NCBI GenBank assembly: GCA_036677065.1
Contig: JAKFBS010000004.1
Coordinates: 544,001-608,000 of the forward strand
Source: Bdellovibrio sp.
GTDB taxonomy: Bacteria; Bdellovibrionota; Bdellovibrionia; Bdellovibrionales; Bdellovibrionaceae
Length of the DNA stretch: 64,000 bases
Direction of reading: 5' to 3'
Positions 46,936 to 57,233 of this stretch are shown piece after piece (the stretch's first letter is position 1; every line of letters starts with the position of its first letter). The position numbers were made by a program, and so were the translations under genes. The notes beneath the pieces are model-generated. The model saw only the letters and a list, made by a program, of their open reading frames with translations, made no database searches and was not told where the DNA came from.

Positions 46936-47607
46936 ATGAGTATCGTGAATGTATTGGTTGTTGAGGATGAGGTTAGGTTATTAGACTATCTTGCCGAAAT
47001 AATTTCAGCTGAAGGTTTTAATGTTACTAAATGTAACTCGTTCGATGATTTGCAGCTGCAAATCACTGGTGTTTCACAAAAACCTGATGTCATTATACTA
47101 GATCGATTACTTGGCGGAAAAGACTCAGCATCGCTTGTGCCGCTAATTATTGATAAATGTCCGAATTCAAAAGTTTTAGTTCTGTCGGCAATAAATTCAT
47201 CGGCTGAAAAAGCCGCCCTGTTAGATCAAGGTGTCGAAGATTATCTCGCAAAGCCATTTGAAGCCGCTGAGTTAACTGCAAGAATTAGAGTATTGCTGCG
47301 TAGAAATTCAAATGAGTTAGCATTTAGCAATGTTGTGCTTGATTTAGAAAAACGAGTTGCAAAAGTTGACGGGCAAGAAGTTAATCTTCAGAACAGAGAG
47401 TTTTTACTATTAAAGACTTTAGTTAAAATACCCGGAAAAATTTATAATAAAAAATATTTATATGAGCATGTTTGGGAAGTAAGTTCTGATGTTGACAGTA
47501 ACGTCGTTGAGACGACAGTAAATAAGCTAAGACGCAGAATGGAAGAAGCTGGCGCAAGACTTAAAATAAATTGTATTCGGTACAAGGGGTATTGGGTTGA
47601 GGACTAG
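46936..47607 (+). CDS. OmpR/PhoB-family response regulator
   Basis: VVEDE, ILDRLL, DYLAKPF, wHTH (SNVVETTVNKLRRR...GY). Confidence 0.93.
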   Translation: MSIVNVLVVEDEVRLLDYLAEIISAEGFNVTKCNSFDDLQLQITGVSQKPDVIILDRLLGGKDSASLVPLIIDKCPNSKVLVLSAINSSAEKAALLDQGVEDYLAKPFEAAELTARIRVLLRRNSNELAFSNVVLDLEKRVAKVDGQEVNLQNREFLLLKTLVKIPGKIYNKKYLYEHVWEVSSDVDSNVVETTVNKLRRRMEEAGARLKINCIRYKGYWVED

Positions 47608-48961
47608 ATTTTTTATTATTATAATTTTTTCTTTGATCCTTGCGGCCGTGGGCATAAATCTTGTTCAGAACCATTTTTTTAAAAATCAGCGGCTAAGATT
47701 GATAGATAGACAAATTGAAGAAAGCTCTTCTGTTTTGCTTAAGTCCAACGATTTTTTAAAAACCTTAAGTCGCCCAGAGAGTATTGAAGAAAATATTACC
47801 AAAGTTCTAGCGAGCGCAAGAATAGGAAAAGTATTTGTACTAAGAGATGAAAAAGGAAACATTTTATATCAAAGTTTTAATGTCGGTTTGCTTAAGGCAG
47901 ATTTACCGACGACGCCAGATTGGATAATGGTCGAATCAGAAGACATGTTTACCCGAATAAAAAATGTGCCAGTTCCCGGAAAAAGTAAACATGTGTTGCA
48001 AGTCGGATTGGTTTTAAATCAAAATTTCTTAGATTGGGAAATAGTCGATTCTAAAGTTGTCATGTATGTCACTGGAATTGTACTGACATTGTTCTTAATC
48101 GCTGCAATTTTAACGCTCGTGTTGCTTTCTCCGCTTCGCAATTTAAATGCACATTTAAAAGGTGCCACATCAAATTTAACTAATATGAAAGATGTTAAAT
48201 CTTTGCCGCAGAGATTGCTCAGGTATAAAAGAACATATTGGGTAGCTGCTGATGAGTTTTCAAGTTTGTTAAGTACGATACAAAAATTGATTGATCGTAT
48301 TAATTTAAATTATAAATTAACTAGGTCGTGGACTTCGCAAATGGCGCACGAGCTTAAAACGCCTCTTGCGATAATCAAGATAGAAGTAGATTCTGTTAAA
48401 AATAAATCAGATTTTGGCGAGAAATTAAAAGAGGGTATACTTGCTGAAGTTACACACATGTCTGAAATTATCAGTCAATTTTTAGATTGGGCTGAGTTAG
48501 AAAGTTCGCACAGGCAAAAGGATTTGCATGCGATCAGAATAAAGTCTTCCATTTTAAATGTAGCCGCCCGGTTGGAAAAAATTTTTCCGAAAAGAATTCA
48601 GATGAGCTTAGAGAGTGATTTTTCGGTTGTTGCAAATCCAAACCATCTGGATCAGGTCATAACTAATTTATTATCAAATGCATTAAAGTTTTCACCTCAT
48701 ACGATGAAAGTTCGTATTGATTTAGCAGGTAATAGTCTTGTGATTAGAGACTACGGGCCAGGGTTTCCGAATGAGGTGTTAGAGCGATTGGGACAACCTT
48801 TTAATTTGGGAACAAGTAAAGCATCTGGTAACGGCTTGGGGCTGGCTTTGGTGTCGACAGTTGTAAAAACTTATCAATGGCAAATGAAAATTGACACTAA
48901 CGAGTCAGGTTCGGTTGTGAGCATTGTTTTTCCAACCGAAGAACTAAGCGATGATTTTTAA
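47597..48961 (+). CDS. Sensor histidine kinase
   Basis: Two TM; AHELKTPL, NLLSNALKF, DYGPG, GNGLGLALV. Confidence 0.93.
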   Translation: MRTRFFIIIIFSLILAAVGINLVQNHFFKNQRLRLIDRQIEESSSVLLKSNDFLKTLSRPESIEENITKVLASARIGKVFVLRDEKGNILYQSFNVGLLKADLPTTPDWIMVESEDMFTRIKNVPVPGKSKHVLQVGLVLNQNFLDWEIVDSKVVMYVTGIVLTLFLIAAILTLVLLSPLRNLNAHLKGATSNLTNMKDVKSLPQRLLRYKRTYWVAADEFSSLLSTIQKLIDRINLNYKLTRSWTSQMAHELKTPLAIIKIEVDSVKNKSDFGEKLKEGILAEVTHMSEIISQFLDWAELESSHRQKDLHAIRIKSSILNVAARLEKIFPKRIQMSLESDFSVVANPNHLDQVITNLLSNALKFSPHTMKVRIDLAGNSLVIRDYGPGFPNEVLERLGQPFNLGTSKASGNGLGLALVSTVVKTYQWQMKIDTNESGSVVSIVFPTEELSDDF

Positions 48962-48974
48962 AAAGTCTTTCAAA

Positions 48975-50786
48975 TTAAAGCCGATCCGGTAACAACTTTT
49001 TTAGTCGATCTAAGAAAGTAAACTTTTCTTTACCCAAGCCAGGTGATGGATGGCCATCGACACGTAATTGAAAAAGAAAATAGGGCGGGATACATGATCC
49101 CTTGCCACTAGAAGTGCTGGCGCAGATATAGTCATCACGGCAGAATTTATCAGAATCGCACTCTTGCATAGAGGCCGGTCTAACGTTTTCACTAAGACAT
49201 TTAGCAAATGGTATTTTGCCGGTGGCTAAACAGCTATTAAATTCGTGTAGGACGGCGATAGATCCACAAGTTTCACCGGCTTTTAAGTTTGTACAAGAGC
49301 CAGCGCACATGCCATTCGGAAAGCCCACAGATGTGTCTTCACAGACTGAATTGCTGCCGCAGAAAGAATCGGCTGATAATTTAAGACCATCTTTTTTGGG
49401 ATTAGTATTGTGAACCATACGCGCGGCTGTACACGGTGATCCTGAAATTCTATTTATCGGAACGCAAATTCCAGTAGGGCTTATAACTTTATCCGCTGTT
49501 AAAGACTGGCACTCATAACCTTCGCTGCAGGTCCAAGCTGCAAAAGATGGATCACCTAAACCACAATGACTGCCCATTTTACCTTCGCCAGCAACAGCGT
49601 GCACTGAAAGCGGGCGGCTATGAGGAAGGTTTTCTTTTTTCTGGATGGCTTCAATAAAAAGACCGCGGCGTTTTTGATCCAACAAAAAATGCGGAGAAGA
49701 AGATGTGAAAATAGAATTTACGGCATCGGTCGCAGCTTTATCTTTTCCTAAGAAGTGAAATCCCGCAACTGTTCGCCCTTGGTGGCAGCCGACACAAGAC
49801 ATATCATTTAATCGTCGCAGTAATCCCATCGATGTTTTAAATGAACTATAATCTTTTAATTCTGTTTCAGAAAAATCCTGGGCTTTAAAAAGTTGTGAAA
49901 AATTGGCGTTATGAGTGCGGTGAGTTCCATGCAGGGCTACTGATGTTGCTCGCGTTGCCAAAAATTTTTCAGGAATTACAACAATACCGTCATCAATGTT
50001 TTTAAGATTTTTTTTCTCGGTTAGCCATGCAAGTAGTTCTTGGCGAAGTTTTTTGTCGGCTAAAAGTTTTTTTATATCCGGCGTGTTTTCAAGTGTACCT
50101 AAAGTAATTTTTCCATTTTTAGGCGTAAAAACTCGTAACATGTATTCAGCGTATCCTGCCATATCAGGGCGAATAGTTGATGGCCAGCGCACTGACTGCA
50201 TATTCACTTCAATTGATTTTAGTTCGCCTAAAATAAGTCCTTTTTCATTTTGCGCAACGAACTCTGTCCATTTCTGAAGTGGGGTGCGACAGTTATCCGA
50301 ACCCTTCGGAATCCAAAAAACCGCATTGATCGTCATAGGTAGCCTTGAATAAGTCGAAGGTTGCGTCGTTGTTTTATAAGATAGGCGATAGATAAAACGA
50401 ATCTCACCACAGCTTTCAGGATGAAACGACAACCGATCCATGCGATTAACGATTCCCACAAGTTCATACGATGCATAATTTGAAATTAACCACTGAGAAT
50501 CAAATAGGCGGTGTGAACCTTTCATCGAAATGAAGAGTTTCGGGTCTTCTTTTTTAAGGTCTTCAATTTCAGTCCCTAAACTTTTTGCGATAAAGGCGTA
50601 AGAAGGGTTTTTTAAGAGAAGTTCGTTGTTGGCGCGAGGAACAGGTTCGTTAAATACAAGACGGGCGATATCAAAGCCCTGCGACTCTAATTGGATCAGA
50701 GTTTGCGGGTTGTCGATAAAGAGTGTGGCTGCCCGAGCTTGGCAGAAACCGAACAAAAATAAAATAAGAGTCAGACAGGTTTGCAT
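48975..50786 (-). CDS. Secreted hypothetical protein with CxxCH motif and Cys-rich C-terminus
   Basis: Signal peptide; CGEIRFIYRL, SCVGCHQG; many Cys in the last third. Confidence 0.7.
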   Translation of the reverse strand: MQTCLTLILFLFGFCQARAATLFIDNPQTLIQLESQGFDIARLVFNEPVPRANNELLLKNPSYAFIAKSLGTEIEDLKKEDPKLFISMKGSHRLFDSQWLISNYASYELVGIVNRMDRLSFHPESCGEIRFIYRLSYKTTTQPSTYSRLPMTINAVFWIPKGSDNCRTPLQKWTEFVAQNEKGLILGELKSIEVNMQSVRWPSTIRPDMAGYAEYMLRVFTPKNGKITLGTLENTPDIKKLLADKKLRQELLAWLTEKKNLKNIDDGIVVIPEKFLATRATSVALHGTHRTHNANFSQLFKAQDFSETELKDYSSFKTSMGLLRRLNDMSCVGCHQGRTVAGFHFLGKDKAATDAVNSIFTSSSPHFLLDQKRRGLFIEAIQKKENLPHSRPLSVHAVAGEGKMGSHCGLGDPSFAAWTCSEGYECQSLTADKVISPTGICVPINRISGSPCTAARMVHNTNPKKDGLKLSADSFCGSNSVCEDTSVGFPNGMCAGSCTNLKAGETCGSIAVLHEFNSCLATGKIPFAKCLSENVRPASMQECDSDKFCRDDYICASTSSGKGSCIPPYFLFQLRVDGHPSPGLGKEKFTFLDRLKKLLPDRL

Positions 50787-50793
50787 AACTCAA

Positions 50794-51372
50794 TTAAATT
50801 TTAGAACGTTCTTCGGCTGTCAAAACTTTCGGTGCTACTAGGGCTTCAGCATTTTCAAAAAAAGGTGAAGGTTTAGCTTTTCCTAAAAATTTGCCTTTGA
50901 GAATGAATGGTAAGACTGTGACCATACCTTTAAAATCAAATGTTTGGGGTGTGCCAATCGGCGGAGTACCTTTGGCGTACTTTCCCATAATGCTGCATTT
51001 GACTGGGCCAAGTTCTCGATCAAGCCTTGTTGAATCTTTGGTTATATACATGCGGCGAATAATTCCTGCCCAGGCCCGCTTTGGGTCAGTGTTTGCGATA
51101 GGTGTAAGGCAGCATGACGTGTAAAATCGAAACATTCCATTAGCGTGCAAGCGAACACATTTTACAACGTCTTTGCCAGCGATAATTTTTATGTCTGCTG
51201 GATATGCCGGAATAATTTCAGTTCCACCATTTTCATTTAATAAGTCAGTGCGCTTTAAATATTTTAAATAAGCTTGGCAGTCGTCACAATAGCAGATCAA
51301 TCGGCCAGGAGTATTTTTTGGGAACTGAGTCAGCTCGGCGCGGAAACTTCCGCAGTCACATTGTATTTCCAT
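50794..51372 (-). CDS. DUF6151/GFA-like Cys-rich protein
   Basis: CDCG, CYCDDCQAY, RFYTSCCLTPIANT. Confidence 0.8.
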   Translation of the reverse strand: MEIQCDCGSFRAELTQFPKNTPGRLICYCDDCQAYLKYLKRTDLLNENGGTEIIPAYPADIKIIAGKDVVKCVRLHANGMFRFYTSCCLTPIANTDPKRAWAGIIRRMYITKDSTRLDRELGPVKCSIMGKYAKGTPPIGTPQTFDFKGMVTVLPFILKGKFLGKAKPSPFFENAEALVAPKVLTAEERSKI

Positions 51373-51439
51373 ATTTAAATTTTAGTGCAGAGATTCGAAG
51401 AGTGCAAAACTTGATTGGTATCAGCGACCAGCTAGAAAT

Positions 51440-51469
51440 AAAAAAACCCGATTATTTCTAATCGGGTTT
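51440..51469 (-). terminator. Terminator of the tRNA operon
   Basis: AAACCCGATTA/TAATCGGGTTT stem with a T run on the minus strand. Confidence 0.75.
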
Positions 51470-51485
51470 AAAAAAAAAGAAAATT

Positions 51486-51561
51486 TGGCGTTCCCAAGGG
51501 GATTTGAACCCCTGTATCCTCCGTGAAAGGGAGGTGTCCTAGGCCACTAGACGATGGGAAC
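51486..51561 (-). tRNA. tRNA-Glu(TTC)
   Basis: GTTCCCATCGTCTAGTGGCCTAGGAC...CT TTC AC...GTTCAAATCCCCTTGGGAACGCCA; encoded CCA. Confidence 0.96.
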
Positions 51562-51593
51562 CCGTTGGACTTCGAAAAAAACTACCATAAAAA

Positions 51594-51669
51594 TGGTGGC
51601 TCGCGATGGATTCGAACCATCGACCCCTTCATTAAAAGTGAAGTGCTCTACCAGCTGAGCTAGCGAACC
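51594..51669 (-). tRNA. tRNA-Lys(TTT)
   Basis: GGTTCGCTAGCTCAGCTGGTAGAGC...CT TTT AA...GTTCGAATCCATCGCGAGCCACCA; encoded CCA. Confidence 0.96.
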
Positions 51670-51758
51670 GTTTAATCGAGTCGTCAATTTCATATAACTT
51701 CTCGGGGCAGTCAAACTTTTTTTATAAAAAGTTTTTGATGCCCAATTCAAGGTCAGAA

Positions 51759-53057
51759 TTAGTCTTTATAGAGTGGTTTTACCCATAAAGTTTGCTCTCT
51801 ATCTGGGCCAACTGAAATAATATCGATCGGAGTGCCCAATTGGCTCTGTACGTAATTGATATAAGCAGTCGCTTTGACCGGTAAATCCTGAAGGGTTTTT
51901 ACCTTTGTAAGATCTTCCTTCCAACCTGGGATGTATTCGATCACAGGCTCAAGCTGAGCAACTAATTCAGTCGATGTTGGGAACTCGTGAATCACTTCGC
52001 CGTTAAGCTTGTAGGCTGTTACAACGCCGACTTTATCAAGGCATGAAAGAACATCTAATTTCATCATAGCTAAGCTATTAATGCCGTTTAAACGGATCGC
52101 ATACTTAAGAGCTACTAGATCTAACCAACCGCAACGACGCGCGCGTCCTGTAGTTGAGCCGAATTCGTGACCTTCTTTTTGAATTAATGCCCCAATGTCG
52201 TCTTTTAATTCAGACGGGAAAGGGCCGCTGCCTACGCGAGTGCAATAAGCTTTAAACACACCTACGATTTTAGATAAGTGATGAGGGCCAAGGCCCGCAG
52301 ATACTGAACCAGAACCAGCTAGAGTGCTAGAGCTTGTCACATACGGGTATGTGCCGTGGTTGATATCTAAAAGAGTGCCTTGGGCGCCTTCGAATAATAA
52401 TTTTTTATTCAATTTTAGCTTTTGTGAAACGAATAATGACACATCTGTTAAGCGGTAAGGGCGTAATTCTTCGATCACTGGCTTAATTTGCTCTAAGATC
52501 TCTTTTGCAGATAATTCTGGAGCATCATAAAGATTTTTAAGAAGAACGTTTTTTTCTTTGATCGCGAATTCGATTTTTTCTAAGAGGTCTTTAGAATCAA
52601 AAAGATCAGACATAATCAATGCTCTGCGAGACGCACGGTCTTCGTAAGCTGGGCCAATGCCTTTGCCAGTTGTTCCGATTTTACCTGCTTCTAAGGCTTT
52701 TTCGCGCGCTTGATCTAAAGCTTTGTGATACGGCAGTAACACCGTCGCATTATCCGCAATTAATAACTGCGCGTTGGTAAGCGGCATGCCCGTTAATTTT
52801 AGTTTTCTGATTTCTTCAGCTAAACCTAAAATATCGATCACAACACCAGAGGCGATCACGCAAGTTTTATCTGAATGTAGAATTCCTGATGGAATTAAAT
52901 GTAGAACTGTTTTTTGGCCATTCACCACTAAGGTGTGACCGGCGTTTGATCCGCCTTGAAAACGTACAACTGTATCTGCATGTGATGCAAACACGTCGAC
53001 TAATTTACCTTTACCTTCATCGCCCCACTGAGCCCCAATAACAACAACTGCTGACAT
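51759..53057 (-). CDS. purA: Adenylosuccinate synthetase
   Basis: GAQWGDEGKGK, GTTGKGIGPAY, EGAQG, TRVGSGPFP, GRARRCGWLD. Confidence 0.98.
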   Translation of the reverse strand: MSAVVVIGAQWGDEGKGKLVDVFASHADTVVRFQGGSNAGHTLVVNGQKTVLHLIPSGILHSDKTCVIASGVVIDILGLAEEIRKLKLTGMPLTNAQLLIADNATVLLPYHKALDQAREKALEAGKIGTTGKGIGPAYEDRASRRALIMSDLFDSKDLLEKIEFAIKEKNVLLKNLYDAPELSAKEILEQIKPVIEELRPYRLTDVSLFVSQKLKLNKKLLFEGAQGTLLDINHGTYPYVTSSSTLAGSGSVSAGLGPHHLSKIVGVFKAYCTRVGSGPFPSELKDDIGALIQKEGHEFGSTTGRARRCGWLDLVALKYAIRLNGINSLAMMKLDVLSCLDKVGVVTAYKLNGEVIHEFPTSTELVAQLEPVIEYIPGWKEDLTKVKTLQDLPVKATAYINYVQSQLGTPIDIISVGPDREQTLWVKPLYKD

Positions 53058-53072
53058 ACTTTTGTTTTTCCT

Positions 53073-54071
53073 TTAGTCATTAAACATCATACTGCCCCAA
53101 TTGTTCTGAAACGGGAGAGTATTTTGAGTTTTATTCGTTTTTAAAAAATCTATACATAAATTTGTAGCTTCTAGCGAAGCTTTCGCGAAAGCCTGTTCAG
53201 TCATAGCACCAATATGCTGGGTTAAAACCACTTTTGCTGATTTTAGTAATTTTGACTCACGTGAAAGTGGTTCTTTGGCAAACACATCAAGGCCGCACAT
53301 GCGAACAACACCTTCATCAAGGGCATCAATCAGATCATCTTCGTTAATCACTGAACCCCGAGACGTGTTAATCAACACCACATCTTTATTGGTGTATTCA
53401 AAATGTGATCTATTCATCATGTTTTTAGTCTCTTTAGTCAGAGGCACATGAAAAGAAATAATATCTGATTGTTTTAATAATTCTTCATAAGATGAGCGCT
53501 CTAATTTTAAAGTCTCAAACACTTCATCTTCTTGGTACGGGTCAAAAGCCACAACATTCATAGAAAAAGCTTTGGCAAAGCCTGCCACTTTTTGCCCGAT
53601 ACGGCCAAGACCAACAATGCCGATGGTTTTACCGGCTAATTCAAAGCCAGCAGGTAATTTTTCGCGATCCCAAAGGCCTGCTTTGATTTGTTTGTGTGAT
53701 TCTTGGATCGGGCGGTGAGTGTTTAGTATTAAACCCCAAGTAAGTTCGGCCGCAGATTGGGCGTTCGCGTTTGGCGTGTACATCACTTGAATATTTTTTT
53801 CTTGGGTAGCTTGAAGGTCAATATGATCAAAACCACTTGTGCAGGTGATGACTAATTTTAAATTCGGAGCTGCGGCTATAAGTTCGCGGGTAATTTTTGT
53901 TTTACTGCGAATGATCAGGCCTGTGGCTTTGGCTAAGTGGTCAGCTAATTCATCTGTATTGGTTAGTTTAACAACATCAGCAAGGTTTGAAGTTTTTAAA
54001 GTCACTAAAGCTTCAGTCGAAAATTTTTCGCTGATCACGATGTATGGTTTCACGGATTTTCCTTTAACCAT
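53073..54071 (-). CDS. serA: D-3-phosphoglycerate dehydrogenase-like (short form, no ACT domain)
   Basis: IIRSKT, GFDHID, GIVGLGRIG, NTSRG, DVFAKEP, HIGA; context with aminotransferase and purA. Confidence 0.75.
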   Translation of the reverse strand: MVKGKSVKPYIVISEKFSTEALVTLKTSNLADVVKLTNTDELADHLAKATGLIIRSKTKITRELIAAAPNLKLVITCTSGFDHIDLQATQEKNIQVMYTPNANAQSAAELTWGLILNTHRPIQESHKQIKAGLWDREKLPAGFELAGKTIGIVGLGRIGQKVAGFAKAFSMNVVAFDPYQEDEVFETLKLERSSYEELLKQSDIISFHVPLTKETKNMMNRSHFEYTNKDVVLINTSRGSVINEDDLIDALDEGVVRMCGLDVFAKEPLSRESKLLKSAKVVLTQHIGAMTEQAFAKASLEATNLCIDFLKTNKTQNTLPFQNNWGSMMFND

Positions 54072-55201
54072 AATAGCGAAGCATCGCGTACAGTTTGTAA
54101 ATCTAAGCTCATGCCGAAATCATTTAACCCGGCGGCTAAACGTTCAGTGGTCTGATGCAGATCTTGGTCAGTGATGTAACCCATGTGGCCTAGGCGAATG
54201 ATTTTACCTTTTAATTGGTCTTGTCCACCCATTACGGTCACATTGTATGATTTTTCTAAATGCTCACGAAATTTTGCACCATCAAAATTAGCGGGTAGTG
54301 CAAGGGCGGTCACTGAATCACTTGGAGCTTTTGAATACACTTCAAGGTTTAAAGTTTTAGCCATCGTGCGTGTGTAGTCGGCGCGACGCTTAATAGTTTT
54401 ATATAAAGTTTCTAAGCCTTGGGTTTTGATATCTTTTAACACGAACGCAAGCGCTCTGATTAACGTAACATTAGAAGAGAAAAAAGTTTCACCTTTGTCG
54501 TTGGCTGCTAACTCGCGGCGAACATCAAAATAATATCTGGGTGTAGGATTGGTTTTAATTTTTTCCCACGCTTTTTGTGAGAATGAAATTAAGCTTAAGC
54601 CTGTGGGTAACATAATCGCTTTTTGGCTGCCAGCCACTAAACCATCAATCTGCCATTGATCCATCGGTAGCGGCATCGCACCAAGGGCTGTGATTGCATC
54701 CACTAAAAACAATGCTTTTGTTTTTGCAACGATTGCAGATAGTTCCTGAATCGGGTGAACAGTTGCAGTACTAGTTTCACAAGCTTGGGTCATCACGATT
54801 TCAGTATCAGGATTTTCATCTAAGAATTTTTTAACATCACTTGGATTAACGGCAGAACCCCAGGGCACATTTAGTTTGTGAACTTTGGCGCCAAACACTT
54901 CAGCCATCTCGGCCCAGCGTTCGCCGAATTTTCCCGAGATAATCGCTAAGACTTTACTTTGTGGTTTAATCACATTGATCAGTAAAGCTTCCATGCCGCC
55001 AGAACCTGTGCTTGTTAAAATAAAAACTTTTTCGTTGGTGACAAATAAGGTTTTCAAATCAGCCAAAACAGATTTTAAAATTTGATCGAACTCAGGTGTG
55101 CGGTGATGGATCATCGGTAAAGATAATATTTTTTGAACTTCCGGATGCAGTTGTACGGGACCCGGTGCTAAAAGTAAGGATTTCGATGTATCAATTGACA
55201 T
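54050..55201 (-). CDS. Class V PLP aminotransferase (alanine-glyoxylate/serine-pyruvate type)
   Basis: LLAPGP, HHRTPEF, GKFGERW, ETST, VDAIT, GSQKA, RLGHMG. Confidence 0.92.
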   Translation of the reverse strand: MSIDTSKSLLLAPGPVQLHPEVQKILSLPMIHHRTPEFDQILKSVLADLKTLFVTNEKVFILTSTGSGGMEALLINVIKPQSKVLAIISGKFGERWAEMAEVFGAKVHKLNVPWGSAVNPSDVKKFLDENPDTEIVMTQACETSTATVHPIQELSAIVAKTKALFLVDAITALGAMPLPMDQWQIDGLVAGSQKAIMLPTGLSLISFSQKAWEKIKTNPTPRYYFDVRRELAANDKGETFFSSNVTLIRALAFVLKDIKTQGLETLYKTIKRRADYTRTMAKTLNLEVYSKAPSDSVTALALPANFDGAKFREHLEKSYNVTVMGGQDQLKGKIIRLGHMGYITDQDLHQTTERLAAGLNDFGMSLDLQTVRDASLLWLKENP

Positions 55202-55231
55202 TTTCGACCTTTCCGCGGTTTGATTACAGCA

Positions 55232-55804
55232 ATGAAAACACACTTTGTCATAATCTTTGTTTTATCCTGCTGCATAAGCTCTTGCGCTTATAAACTTAGC
55301 AGTAAGGTTGATACACTTCCGCAGAATGTGCGAGTGATTTATGCGCCGTTGTTTAAAAACGTCTCTACCGAACCTGGTTTAGAGGTTTACTTTACCAATT
55401 CAATGAAACGCGAGCTTTTAAACTCGAAAGTAGTTAAACTTGTTGATTCTGAATTAGATTCAGATGCTGTTTTGTACGGAAGAGTCTTTAGCGTTGAGAT
55501 CGTTTCTGAAGAAGGGGCGATTGAGGCCAAAGACACGCAGTTTTTGCCTAAAAATACGATCTTAAGTACGACCACAAAAATTACGGTGACTGTGGATTTA
55601 CGACTTCAGCGCAAGAATTCTTCAGAAGTGTTGTGGAGCAGTCAATTTAAGCAGAGCAGAAACTACACACCGCCGCAGCTGACTTTGCCAGTCATTAATT
55701 CGGCGAACAATCTTTACAATCTATCGGCTCGCAGGCAGACTTTAGAAACTTTATCAGAAGAGATGATGCAGCTCGCATTTGACCGTCTGGTAGATAACTT
55801 TTAA
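55232..55804 (+). CDS. lptE: LPS assembly lipoprotein LptE
   Basis: Lipobox SSCAY, F.N.S.EPGLE..FT; directly upstream of holA. Confidence 0.8.
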   Translation: MKTHFVIIFVLSCCISSCAYKLSSKVDTLPQNVRVIYAPLFKNVSTEPGLEVYFTNSMKRELLNSKVVKLVDSELDSDAVLYGRVFSVEIVSEEGAIEAKDTQFLPKNTILSTTTKITVTVDLRLQRKNSSEVLWSSQFKQSRNYTPPQLTLPVINSANNLYNLSARRQTLETLSEEMMQLAFDRLVDNF

Positions 55805-55828
55805 TACGTATATTTTTTAAAGTAGCTG

Positions 55829-56830
55829 ATGGCGATAATTGATCAAAATAAATTTTATAAAGATTTAGAAACAGGAAATGTTGCTCCTGTTTATTTTATT
55901 TTTGGTGATGAACCATTTCTGATCGACCAATGTGTAAACCGTTTTAAATACGGTTTGTTAGACGAAAATTCACTAGATTTTAATTATTCATTATTTTACG
56001 CAGGCGATGCCGATATCTTTGCCATTAAAGACACGGTTGAAACCTTACCTGTGTTTGCGCAACGTCGTGTGGTGATTTTAAAAAATTCACACGAATTAAA
56101 AGACTCTGAATGGAACGAATTAGAATCTGTTTTTAAAAACCCCGTTGATTCAACTTGTTTTGTTTTATTTGCCGATAAAATTGATAAACGCAAAAAACAT
56201 TTTAAAAATGTTATGGATATCGCCTCATCTATAGAATTTAAAAAAACCTACGATAATGAAATTCCCCGCTGGATTAATTACTATGCCTCTCAGTATGAAT
56301 TAAAACTTACTCAAGCCGCAGTCCACAGGTTGCACCGTTTGGTGGGTAATAATTTATCTGAAATCTATGCGCAGTTAGAAAAAATCAAAGTTTATCTAGA
56401 CGGGGCAACTAACGTTGAAGCCGAACATGTAAACGCTGTTGTGTCTAACAGCCGTGAAGAAAACGTTTTTGATTTTACTAAAGCTGTCGGGCAAAAAGAT
56501 CGCGTTCGCGCGTTAGAGCAAATCGTAAATTTATTAGACCAGGGCCAAAGTGAAATTGGGATCGTGAATTTACTGGCTCGGCATATGCGAATTTTATTAA
56601 CTGTGCGCACAGGCTTAGATCAGGGTATCGGCGGCGCAAAACTAGCCAATCTGGCTAATGTTTCGCCTTATTTTGTGGATGAATATGCAGCCCAAGCTAA
56701 GGGGTGGCCGGTGCGCAAACTTGAAGATTCATTGGTTCTTCTTGGCGAAACAGATAAGGCCTTAAAATCATCGCCTTTATCAAGTCACATCTGGCTTGAA
56801 AACCTAGTTCTTAAATCATGTTCTATGTAA
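55829..56830 (+). CDS. holA: DNA polymerase III delta subunit
   Basis: PVYFIFGDEPFLI, TLPVFAQRRVV, DKRKK, LEKI..Y, NVFDF, DKALKS. Confidence 0.93.
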   Translation: MAIIDQNKFYKDLETGNVAPVYFIFGDEPFLIDQCVNRFKYGLLDENSLDFNYSLFYAGDADIFAIKDTVETLPVFAQRRVVILKNSHELKDSEWNELESVFKNPVDSTCFVLFADKIDKRKKHFKNVMDIASSIEFKKTYDNEIPRWINYYASQYELKLTQAAVHRLHRLVGNNLSEIYAQLEKIKVYLDGATNVEAEHVNAVVSNSREENVFDFTKAVGQKDRVRALEQIVNLLDQGQSEIGIVNLLARHMRILLTVRTGLDQGIGGAKLANLANVSPYFVDEYAAQAKGWPVRKLEDSLVLLGETDKALKSSPLSSHIWLENLVLKSCSM

Positions 56831-56942
56831 GCAAAAACTGTCTTACTGTATATCTCTTGAATAGTTTTTAACCGCCAAACCCCATATATTGCTTAATGCG
56901 ATGGAATCGTTCTCGCTATGAAACATCTCGAAGAGGTGTTTT

Positions 56943-57221
56943 ATGAAGATGACCCATATCCTTACGGCTTTAACATTATTATTAGCTACGCTGACTTTTC
57001 ACGTTGAAGCTTCTGCCACTTACTCTAAAAAAACCTTTAAAGGCCAGGTCATTGATGTAAATCAAGACGAAGAAGGCGCTTCGATCGTTGTAAAAGCAGC
57101 TAATGGACTTACGCAATCTATATATGCGCCTCGTTCACGCGCTAATGATCAAATTGTTGAACGCGCCATTAAAGCTCGTGATACCAAAACTAATTTTACA
57201 ATTTCAACTCAGAATTTATAA
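56943..57221 (+). CDS. Small secreted protein (OB-fold-like)
   Basis: GAGG RBS, signal peptide VEA|S. Confidence 0.65.
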   Translation: MKMTHILTALTLLLATLTFHVEASATYSKKTFKGQVIDVNQDEEGASIVVKAANGLTQSIYAPRSRANDQIVERAIKARDTKTNFTISTQNL

Positions 57222-57233
57222 GAAGGCGCATTC

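Noticed and set aside
36800..51486. Possible genomic island integrated at tRNA-Glu
   Set aside because: Gene content is patchy, but I saw no integrase and no duplicated tRNA 3' end (att site) by eye.
51547..51750. 67-aa ORF on the minus strand
   Set aside because: It overlaps tRNA-Lys and the start of tRNA-Glu; spurious translation of tRNA genes.
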